A stretch of DNA of 64,000 nt from Patescibacteria group bacterium (GTDB taxonomy: Bacteria; Patescibacteriota; Patescibacteriia; Patescibacteriales; BM507), in NCBI GenBank assembly GCA_027858235.1, contig JAQIDC010000072.1, positions 9,499 through 73,498 of the forward strand, in the 5' to 3' direction. The notes below the pieces were generated by a model, which searched no databases, had not been told where the DNA came from, and saw only the letters and a program-made list of their open reading frames with translations. Position 1 is the first letter of the stretch; the number at the start of each line of letters is the position of its first letter. Made by a program: the position numbers and the translations under genes. This document shows, in pieces, positions 51,329 to 57,949 of this stretch.

Positions 51329-51470
51329 ATTAGCAATCCCCTCCTTTTATATTCTCCTCTCGAGACAAGGTGAATCGCTACCAAGCGAGAGAGAGTGCCC
51401 TGGGGTAGGAGTACCCGCCAGGGGGAGGTGTGTTAAAAATAGTGTGTAATAGTCCTGCCTTTAAATCAAT

Positions 51471-51527
51471 AAAAAAAGCGACCAAAAGTCTTATCTAAAT
51501 AAAATTTAGACAAAACTTCCAACCGCT
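51471..51527 (-). terminator. intrinsic terminator (23-bp helix + U7)
   Basis: Minus strand: GCGGUUGGAAGUUUUGUCUAAAU-UUU-AUUUAGAUAAGACUUUUGGUCGC followed by UUUUUUU. All 23 positions pair (Watson-Crick or G-U). Confidence 0.75.
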
Positions 51528-51680
51528 TTAACACTAACGTGTAAGTGATGGACAATTATTTCATTCTCGTGTCATTCTGAAGTTAATTCAGAATCCAGAA
51601 AATAATATTCAGTAAAAGGTGCGACTTGCCCCGCTTTGCGGGAAGAAATAAGTGTGCGGCATAACCGCAGGGGAACTTAT
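51471..51680 (-). ncRNA. candidate ~210-nt non-coding RNA or attenuating leader (unclassified)
   Basis: Bounded by a near-consensus promoter and a very strong terminator. Contains only tiny ORFs without RBS. Several local hairpins: AUAAGU..ACUUAU enclosing UGCGG/CCGCA; CCCGC-AAA-GCGGG; AUUCUGAA-UUAAC-UUCAGAAU. The 5' end is estimated from the -10 box. Confidence 0.5.
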
Positions 51681-51686
51681 AATACC

Positions 51687-51714
51687 ATTATAACACAAAT
51701 ATAGCGTTTGTCAA
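51687..51714 (-). promoter_or_regulatory. sigma70-type promoter with extended -10
   Basis: Minus strand: TTGACA-16 nt-TGtTATAAT. The -35 box sits inside the palindrome TGTCAAcaTTGACA. Confidence 0.6.
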
Positions 51715-51739
51715 TGTTGACAGGATTTTTTTCTTTAAA

Positions 51740-51839
51740 AAAAGATGAAATCTAGATTTATCCCGTTAAATTATTTCCATTTAACTGGTATTCATACCGT
51801 GAAACCCTTTTTGTTTAACTGGTACCTGATCCCAATTAC
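51740..51839 (-). repeat. cassette repeat copy 1
   Basis: Plus strand: ...AGATTTATCCCGTTAAATTATTTCCATTTAACTGGTATTCATACCGTGAAACCCTTTTTGTTTAACTGGTACCTGATCCCAATTAC. Ends 2 nt before the stop codon at 51842. Shares extra flanks (AAAAAGATGAAATCT / AATTAC) with copy 2. Confidence 0.9.
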
Positions 51840-51841
51840 TT

Positions 51842-52678
51842 TTATTTCTTAGTTAACACCAAAACATCTTGATCCATTTCTTCCCCTTCCTGGACTTCTT
51901 TATTTAGAAGCCCCTTCCAATCTCCTAAATATATCTCAAACCCGTGAGCTTCGGCTAATTCTTTTATTTTATCAGCTGAATGATAATATTTAACAGTTTC
52001 GGCTCCCTCAAGATATCCCGAGTTTGGCTCACCAGAAATTTTGAAAAGTTTAACAGTAAAATTATCGCCATCTTTTAAGATCTTTATCTTATTATCGGAA
52101 AACAGCTCACCGTTATATAGATATCTGGCATTGGTTGAATAGCTTTTTAGTTCTGGGCTTAAATTCCCCATCGTAGCTACCAATTTTCCTTTTTGTTTTA
52201 ATTTTTTTGATAATAATTCAAACAAGGCATCAAGATTGTCTAAATGATCAATAGTGTATTTCATGATGCTGATATCAAGCTTCTCATCATCCAGTACACG
52301 CAAATATTCTAAAATATCACTTTTTATAAAGCTTGTCACTTCTTTGCGCTTTTCATATTCTTCTGTTTCCAAATACTTCTTAGCCAATTCAAGCATATAG
52401 GAAGATACATCCACCCAGTCAATGTGACCTCTGGGTTCGTTCAGTAGCTTGGCAAAAAATTCATGATATCTGTCCGGATGAGCACCTCCGCCCAGCTCAG
52501 CTGAATATACAGGTCTATCTAACTCTTTCGTTTCTTGCATTATTATCCCATCAACAATTTGAGCTACTCTAAAATTTTTGTCGTTCTGTTCAAGCTCAGC
52601 AAATTTTTCTGCTATCTCGGGAGAGAAATACATACCTAGCCCTTCTTTTTTATTTTGATTTATTTTTTCTTGATTCAT
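51842..52678 (-). CDS. class I SAM-dependent methyltransferase (cassette A)
   Basis: 'VYSAELGGGAHPDRY' (motif I, ExGxGxG-like) and 'IDWVDVSSYMLELAK' (motif II). Confidence 0.65.
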   Translation of the reverse strand: MNQEKINQNKKEGLGMYFSPEIAEKFAELEQNDKNFRVAQIVDGIIMQETKELDRPVYSAELGGGAHPDRYHEFFAKLLNEPRGHIDWVDVSSYMLELAKKYLETEEYEKRKEVTSFIKSDILEYLRVLDDEKLDISIMKYTIDHLDNLDALFELLSKKLKQKGKLVATMGNLSPELKSYSTNARYLYNGELFSDNKIKILKDGDNFTVKLFKISGEPNSGYLEGAETVKYYHSADKIKELAEAHGFEIYLGDWKGLLNKEVQEGEEMDQDVLVLTKK

Positions 52679-52705
52679 ATCTTTATTTTTAATATTTTTT
52701 TTATG

Positions 52706-52806
52706 AAAAAGATGAAATCTAGATTTATCCCGTTAAATTATTTCCATTTAACTGGTATTCATACCGTGAAACCCTTTTTGTTTAACTGGTACCTGACCCC
52801 AATTAC
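52706..52806 (-). repeat. cassette repeat copy 2
   Basis: Near-identical to copy 1, including the extended flanks. Lies 6 nt after the stop at 52813 and 27 nt before the start at 52678. Confidence 0.9.
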
Positions 52807-52812
52807 CTTCAA

Positions 52813-53679
52813 TTAACTCTTCATATCATTTTCCAGTTGATTCTCCCAGTTTGGAATAATTTTTTTCATTTTCTTTTGCCAATCTGGTGGAATGCTAGCA
52901 TGACGGATAAACAGAAGCTGCGGATCTGGAATTGAATACATAACATCATAAAAAGCCGTTGTCCCTGATCCCGCTACTCCATTGCTTGATTTCCATTTTC
53001 CGAGTTCTGACAAATCCTTATTTGTATAATTGCAAATAGCTAGATTTGTCATTCCTTCATTAAATCTTTTCAGGACATAAAGAGATATGGCTGCCAACTT
53101 TTTTGCTGAATTTTTGTAAACATTGAATGGAACGAGTCGAAAATACCAATTAAGAATATAATGAGCAATTGAGTCAACATTCTGATCTCTTGCATCTTTT
53201 TCCATCTCATCAGTAATTCCTTGTTTTTTAAGTATTTTTTCAATCTCAATAATTCTTTTATTTGACTCTTCTTCAATATTCACTAAATACTTATCAATTT
53301 CTATATGAGCACTATAAAGAAGCTCGACAAAGGCCTTATAGTCAGTTGGTTGTTTCATTCTACACTCATGTTTTGACAAATCAACACCATACAAGAAACG
53401 AGAAACGGGCTCACCGTTTGGCATTATGTTTACATAGTAACTTGAAAAAACCTGGAAATCCCTCACGTAAGGGTTTAAATCATCATAAACCTTTAAAGCA
53501 CCTTTAGCAAATATTTTTTTAACACTATCAAGAAAAGCTTTTTCTGATATTTGAATATCAGTAAACATTAACAACCTCTCAATATCATTAATATCTTTTT
53601 CATCCAAAGCAAAACTACTCGCTGTCTTGCAAAACCTATTCCTTGCGGAACTATATAATTTTTTTAATATTATTTCCAT
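52813..53679 (-). CDS. hypothetical protein (cassette B)
   Basis: 288-aa ORF filling the interval between copies 3 and 2. No motif recognised. Confidence 0.5.
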   Translation of the reverse strand: MEIILKKLYSSARNRFCKTASSFALDEKDINDIERLLMFTDIQISEKAFLDSVKKIFAKGALKVYDDLNPYVRDFQVFSSYYVNIMPNGEPVSRFLYGVDLSKHECRMKQPTDYKAFVELLYSAHIEIDKYLVNIEEESNKRIIEIEKILKKQGITDEMEKDARDQNVDSIAHYILNWYFRLVPFNVYKNSAKKLAAISLYVLKRFNEGMTNLAICNYTNKDLSELGKWKSSNGVAGSGTTAFYDVMYSIPDPQLLFIRHASIPPDWQKKMKKIIPNWENQLENDMKS

Positions 53680-53726
53680 AAGACATATATCTTAATTTAA
53701 TTTATATATTATTTAAACAAAAAACA

Positions 53727-53840
53727 AGATTTATCCCGTTAAATTATTTCCATTTAACTGGTATTCATACCGTGAAACCCTCTTTGTTTAACTGGTATTC
53801 ATACCGTGAAACCCTCTTTGTTTAACTGGTACCTGACCCC
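53727..53840 (-). repeat. cassette repeat copy 3 (with internal 34-nt tandem duplication)
   Basis: Same unit, but AACTGGTATTCATACCGTGAAACCCTCTTTGTTT occurs twice. This gives three TTTAACTGG half-sites at 53753, 53787 and 53821, 34 nt apart. Confidence 0.9.
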
Positions 53841-53925
53841 CACTAGCTTTTCAGCTAATATTCAGATATTTTAAATATTCTAATTGACTTATAATAAAAA
53901 TATGTAATATTATAAGTATCAAGAT

Positions 53926-53969
53926 AAAAGGGTCGCTGAAGCTGTGAGGCAGATGGCCCCCTTTTTTTT
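53926..53969. terminator. GC-rich hairpin flanked by A-run and T8 (bidirectional terminator shape)
   Basis: AAAA-GGGTCGCTGAAGCTGTGAGGCAGATGGCCCCC-TTTTTTTT. The T8 is on the plus strand and a T4 on the minus strand. Confidence 0.45.
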
Positions 53970-54010
53970 ATTCTCTTTTAATCTTATTTTTTAAATTCAA
54001 AATTCAAGAT

Positions 54011-54364
54011 TTATTTAATTTCTTTTTTAAACATTTCTCTTACTAAGTTATCAAAGTCTTTATTTTTCTTCCATATAATTTTCATTTTATCATATGTTTT
54101 ATCAAAACCCATATATGGTTTAAATTCTTCTGTTCCTTTGTATTTAGCTATTTCTCTCCAATATTTTTCATTCTCCAAAAGCAAATTAAACGCCTCAGTG
54201 AATTCCCAAAATAGCCGGTCATTATCATGGCATTCTTTTGGTTCTAACTTATATTTCTTCTCAAGATAGTCATAAGTAATAAAATGTAACATTTCATGAG
54301 CAATAACAATATTAGAAGAACCCGGTTTATTTATTGGAAATGAAAACTCTTTTTCTTCTATCAT
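54011..54364 (-). CDS. HExxH zinc-metallopeptidase-like protein, probably 5'-truncated
   Basis: 'IVIAHEMLHFITYD' HExxH motif. The reading frame stays open for 42 codons upstream of the ATG without any start codon. Confidence 0.45.
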   Translation of the reverse strand: MIEEKEFSFPINKPGSSNIVIAHEMLHFITYDYLEKKYKLEPKECHDNDRLFWEFTEAFNLLLENEKYWREIAKYKGTEEFKPYMGFDKTYDKMKIIWKKNKDFDNLVREMFKKEIK

Positions 54365-54531
54365 TCTTGGATAAACTTCTAGAATAGAAGCACTCCCCGT
54401 ATATTCACCTTCTGGCCAATCATAACCTTTGAATATTCTATCTACTTCTTTTAGGAAACTACCCTCTACTTCCTTCCATCTCTCGTTGGCTTCATTTAAC
54501 TTTAGCTCAAAGCTATCGTTGTTTTTTTTAT

Positions 54532-54708
54532 ACTAATCAAATATAAAATTTTTCGCCTCCTTTTCAATTTTCTCTTTTTCTTTATACTTTTCTAGATATT
54601 TCAAATCAGAAAGAATAGCCCTGTTGTCCTCCTCTAAAAAAGAAAGAAAAAATCCTAAATCATCTTCCTTGTTTAAAACTAAATTTAATTTTGGTTTTTT
54701 ATTAGTCA
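54532..54708 (-). CDS. small ORF (58 aa), possibly the detached N-terminus of the HExxH gene
   Basis: Not in the track. MTNKKPKLNLVLNKEDDLGFFLSFLEEDNRAILSDLKYLEKYKEKEKIEKEAKNFIFD*. Ends at a TAG, in a different frame from 54011..54364. Confidence 0.3.
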
Positions 54709-54748
54709 TATTAAAGATTACTTTTTATAAAAGTCTTTCAATGCAAGA

Positions 54749-54846
54749 AACAAGATTTGACCACGTTAATCTGTTAAAAAAGGATAAAAGCTAGACCTCG
54801 TATATTAACTTTTAAAAGCCTGAAAAATGGATCAAAACCCTTTTAC
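54749..54846 (-). repeat. decayed copy of the cassette repeat
   Basis: AAACAAGATTTGACCACGTTAAT...TCAAAACCCTTTTACTA retains the two ends of the unit (AAACAAGATTTATCCCGTTAAAT...GAAACCCTCTTTG). It sits exactly at the 3' end of ORF 54846..55472. Confidence 0.4.
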
Positions 54847-55472
54847 TACAATTCTTCATTAGTTTTAAACCACCAATCAAACTCATCGGAATATTTTTTG
54901 ACATTCCTATTGAACCAATCTGACATTTTAAAAGCATCAAGTGCCCCTGGGAAACTATTTTTAGCTTGAAATGGTCTACTCCACTTATCTTCATCTAATC
55001 CGAGTCGAATAGCTAGAATATAATGCCTAATGCCTTGATTATCCAAAGGGTTTGCTCTCAAAAGTTTTCTAAATATAAACAAAGCCTGTTCAGTCTTCCC
55101 TTTTCGCCAGCATAAAAATCCATAGGCTTCAATGACTCTCATAAGATGACGATTTTCCAAATAACCCCAACGCAATTCTTTTGGCCAATTTCCATCTTTA
55201 TCAACTATTTTCATTAATGCTTTTGTATAAGCAGCCTGTAACAGCTCATCCGCCTCCTCTACCCTATTACTATGAGACAATATATCAGCCAAGCTGATAT
55301 AAGAATCAAAAAAATATTCATCCACCTCAATAAGTCTTCTCAACTCAATCTCCACTTCATTATCAGACATTTCGCTCTCGTAAATATCGTAAAAATCATC
55401 CATTACTTCATGGTGATTATCATCAACAAATTCTTTTAGTTGTTTTTTTCGCAATGAATTTTTGATTTCCAT
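54846..55472 (-). CDS. hypothetical helical-repeat (TPR-like) protein
   Basis: 208 aa. Segments such as 'EQALFIFRKLLRANPLDNQGIRHYILAI' look TPR-like. No catalytic motif. Confidence 0.5.
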   Translation of the reverse strand: MEIKNSLRKKQLKEFVDDNHHEVMDDFYDIYESEMSDNEVEIELRRLIEVDEYFFDSYISLADILSHSNRVEEADELLQAAYTKALMKIVDKDGNWPKELRWGYLENRHLMRVIEAYGFLCWRKGKTEQALFIFRKLLRANPLDNQGIRHYILAIRLGLDEDKWSRPFQAKNSFPGALDAFKMSDWFNRNVKKYSDEFDWWFKTNEEL

Positions 55473-55799
55473 AGTTTTCTAAATTATTTTTTATACAAAA
55501 TTTATTTAAATACAAAACTTTAATTTAAAGTTCGAGACTTGCTCCGATTATAGTCAATAATTTCACCAAAAATAATCTCAGCACAGCCAGAACCTAATTT
55601 GAATATAAGGTGAAGAAGGTGCATTGCGGATGCAAATGAGGCCGGCCTGGGTCGTACGGAAGCAGAGAGGGTGCTCTGGGGTGCTTTTCGGACATTTCTG
55701 TCCTCAATTTTTCTCCTTGTTATATATTTTTTAATCTATATTATAATCATGGTTATAATATAGATTACTTTTTATTGAAATTTACTTATTCAAAAAACA

Positions 55800-55879
55800 A
55801 GATTTATCCCGTTAAATTATTTCCATTTAACTGGTATTCATACCGTGAAACCCTCTTTGTTTAACTGGTACCTGACCCC
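55800..55879 (-). repeat. cassette repeat copy 4
   Basis: AGATTTATCCCGTTAAATTATTTCCATTTAACTGGTATTCATACCGTGAAACCCTCTTTGTTTAACTGGTACCTGACCCC. Confidence 0.9.
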
Positions 55880-55880
55880 A

Positions 55881-56041
55881 GGAGTCACTTGCGTCTTGAG
55901 TTGTTTAATAAAAGCACGTTCCAGTTCTGCTTCGCTTTAACAAGAAACACTATCCTGAACTCGGTCTGCATGTCTTCGGTATTCAGCGACAACTGTGCTG
56001 TGAGAATTTTCCGCAACTAGATTGTATTTATTGTATGACAT
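55881..56041 (-). pseudogene. hsdR: 5' remnant of a type I restriction enzyme R-subunit gene (hsdR), cut off at repeat copy 4
   Basis: Minus-strand translation: MSYNKYNLVAENSHSTVVAEYRRHADRVQDSVSC*SEAELERAFIKQLKTQ.. This matches the HsdR N-terminus pattern (...ESNNFIVLDKY........YQSE.DLER..I..L..QGY). It has an in-frame TAA where YQ is expected, and the homology ends at the repeat. Confidence 0.6.
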
Positions 56042-56078
56042 ATTTCATAAATTTTATAATTACATTACATCACATTTT

Positions 56079-56957
56079 CTAATCTTCTTCTTCATAATAA
56101 TAAGAGTAGTCTATTCCTTTCATAAACATTTCACGATTGTTAATTTTACTAGTAAGAGCATTTTTAAATAAATTTTTTATTTTTATACTATTTTTGGAGC
56201 TATGTGTCATTGCATTTATATAATCTTTTTTGCCTATTTTACTCCACTCCACACATTTTTTAAGGCTTTTTTTCAATATTAAATCAAGCCAAATACGAGT
56301 ACTTCTTCCATTGCCTTCCATGAAGGGATGAGCGACATTCATTTCTACATATTTATCGGCAATTTGTTCAAAATTATTTTCAGGCATTTGTTCAATTTGT
56401 TTAAGCGTGTTTTCTAAATATTGTGCCATCGCAAATTGAAAACCATTTTTTGAAATATTTTTCTGTCGTATTTTTCCTGCAAAATTATACAAACCGCCAA
56501 ATAAATAAGCATGAATTTGTTGCAAGCCCTTGGTTGTGCCGATTTCAATGCTATTAATAAGAGAACTTTCAAACAAGGCATAAGCTTTTGTTTTACTTTT
56601 TCCATCGATACTCTCATCACCATGAATAAACCAGTCAATAAATCGGTTAGCTTTAGTCCCGGGGAATGTTTTACCTAGGGCAATAATCCCGTCATAGTCT
56701 AACGTATCAGTTAAATATCGTTTCCCATCACTTGCCAAAAGTTTCAGTTGGGTAGTAGCACTAACCACCTGACTGTTCTCTTTCTTGAGCTTGGCTTTGA
56801 GATATTTCCAATAATTGCGGGCTTTGGCGTAGTCGTCTTGATCAGTGAGAACGGCGATGATGTCTAACACACTAAACCACCATTTATTATTTTTTTCATC
56901 CCAAACGGCACGAACTTCTCGATCGTCAAAGAAACGAATTGAAATTTTATGATTCAT
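56079..56957 (-). CDS. Bro-N-like DNA-binding domain fused to a Fic (AMPylase-type) domain
   Basis: N-terminal '[31 protein letters not shown]' (Bro-N/antirepressor-like). C-terminal '[14 protein letters not shown]' = Fic motif HPFx(D/E)GNGRxxR. Confidence 0.8.
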   Translation of the reverse strand: MNHKISIRFFDDREVRAVWDEKNNKWWFSVLDIIAVLTDQDDYAKARNYWKYLKAKLKKENSQVVSATTQLKLLASDGKRYLTDTLDYDGIIALGKTFPGTKANRFIDWFIHGDESIDGKSKTKAYALFESSLINSIEIGTTKGLQQIHAYLFGGLYNFAGKIRQKNISKNGFQFAMAQYLENTLKQIEQMPENNFEQIADKYVEMNVAHPFMEGNGRSTRIWLDLILKKSLKKCVEWSKIGKKDYINAMTHSSKNSIKIKNLFKNALTSKINNREMFMKGIDYSYYYEEED

Positions 56958-56993
56958 ATTTTTTAAAAGTTAATAATTTTACCTCGATAATAT

Positions 56994-57254
56994 TCATATT
57001 GCTTCTTTCTCATAGCAAGCCCTGCATTTAACTGACTTTTCAATAGAACTTCGGTGTCCTATTGGTAACACCCAAAAAAAACCATCAATCGAACCCCATG
57101 CTTCCGCTGGCATTTCGTAATCTATTTCTGCACTTAGAGGCTCAAAATCGATACAAAAAGTTTGGATCCGTTCTCCTTCACTTGTATAATGCGCTGGCAT
57201 TTTTCTTCTAGCCGTATAAACAAGGTGAAGTGTTTTCCTTAAAATTTCATTCAT
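56994..57254 (-). CDS. hypothetical 86-aa protein downstream of the AbrB-like gene (toxin candidate by position only)
   Basis: ORF starts 35 nt after the AbrB-like stop. No motif recognised. Confidence 0.4.
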   Translation of the reverse strand: MNEILRKTLHLVYTARRKMPAHYTSEGERIQTFCIDFEPLSAEIDYEMPAEAWGSIDGFFWVLPIGHRSSIEKSVKCRACYEKEAI

Positions 57255-57289
57255 AATATTTTTATAAATAATCCTTTGGTGTCATATTT

Positions 57290-57448
57290 TTATTTCCAAT
57301 CCTCAATAATTATCTTCTTCCCACTCCGACGTATTGTTAATTTTTGTCTTTCCCTTATTTTCAACTCGGAAACAATATCAGCAGGGATAACAACAGACAA
57401 ACTCCTCTGCCCAACACGAGTAACTTTTCTAATATATTTTTTTATCAT
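57290..57448 (-). CDS. AbrB/MazE/SpoVT-type DNA-binding protein (antitoxin-like)
   Basis: Not in the track (52 aa): MIKKYIRKVTRVGQRSLSVVIPADIVSELKIRERQKLTIRRSGKKIIIEDWK. 'VGQRSLSVVIPADIV..L.I' is the swapped-hairpin barrel signature. The plus-strand ORF 57276..57485 is its antisense artefact. Confidence 0.7.
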   Translation of the reverse strand: MIKKYIRKVTRVGQRSLSVVIPADIVSELKIRERQKLTIRRSGKKIIIEDWK

Positions 57449-57457
57449 ATTTTTCTT

Positions 57458-57481
57458 GTTACGTAACATGCTACGTAACAG
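57458..57481 (-). promoter_or_regulatory. operator-like paired palindromes just upstream of the AbrB-like gene
   Basis: GTTACGTAAC (57458..57467, perfect palindrome) and CTACGTAACAG (57471..57481), 10-33 nt upstream of the start codon. Confidence 0.4.
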
Positions 57482-57601
57482 ATAATTTCAAATTATTTTT
57501 TCACTATATAATACTTGGTAATCTATCTATACTATACTCTTAATTCACAATTCCGGATCCAAATCACCCTATCAACTACCTCTTTAAAAACTTATTCCAT
57601 G

Positions 57602-57949
57602 TCACCGTTTCTTTAAATAACCATCAATTCTCCCTCTATCTTCATTCTCTTTATCCCCTTTAAAATACACTTCAATAAATTCAATACTTATTAACTCAAA
57701 ACGACTACAATCCTTATTACAAGAGTATATAATTCGTAGGGAGCTCTTTTTTAAGCTTTTAGAAAACAGTCTTGCCTTAATTATTAGCAAGTCATCAGTT
57801 TTGGTTAAAATATTGGAATGTCTTCCATTGCCGAAAGGAAATTTTTTTAAAATATCTTTAAACAATTCAATATCATCTTTCAGAGTTTTAAATTTCTTTG
57901 AAAGTTTTTTAAAGTCTTTTTCAAATTCTTTTGTGCAACTATAATTCAT
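57602..57949 (-). CDS. small toxin candidate (RelE/ParE-superfamily-like) paired with the Panacea antitoxin
   Basis: 115 aa, overlapping the upstream antitoxin gene by 11 nt. The 'FEKDFKKLSKKFKTLKDDIELFKDIL' N-terminus and beta-rich C-half are reminiscent of RelE/YafQ-type toxins. The assignment is weak. Confidence 0.4.
   Translation of the reverse strand: MNYSCTKEFEKDFKKLSKKFKTLKDDIELFKDILKKFPFGNGRHSNILTKTDDLLIIKARLFSKSLKKSSLRIIYSCNKDCSRFELISIEFIEVYFKGDKENEDRGRIDGYLKKR

Noticed and set aside
51383-51430. ZTP (CCGCCUGGGCA-like) or SRP RNA (GGAAGCAG-like, at 55655-55670) identity for the GC-rich segments
   Set aside because: Only 6-9 nt partial resemblances exist. The surrounding conserved helices of these RNA families are absent. 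I left the segments as unexplained motifs instead.
51617-51700. Group II intron 5' end (GTGCGAC at 51617 on the plus strand)
   Set aside because: There is no domain V-like helix, no reverse transcriptase ORF and no plausible 3' end. The motif is too short to be meaningful.
55810-55836. The inverted-repeat core as a chromosomal dif site (ftsK is adjacent and GTTAAAT resembles the outer end of the XerD arm)
   Set aside because: In dif the GTTAAAT lies at the outer end of the arm, whereas here it abuts the spacer. The spacer is 7 nt rather than 6. There are at least five copies, while dif is single-copy.
57276-57485. 69-aa plus-strand ORF
   Set aside because: It is antisense to a much better supported 52-aa AbrB/SpoVT-type ORF (57290..57448, minus). 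It is low-complexity and hydrophobic.
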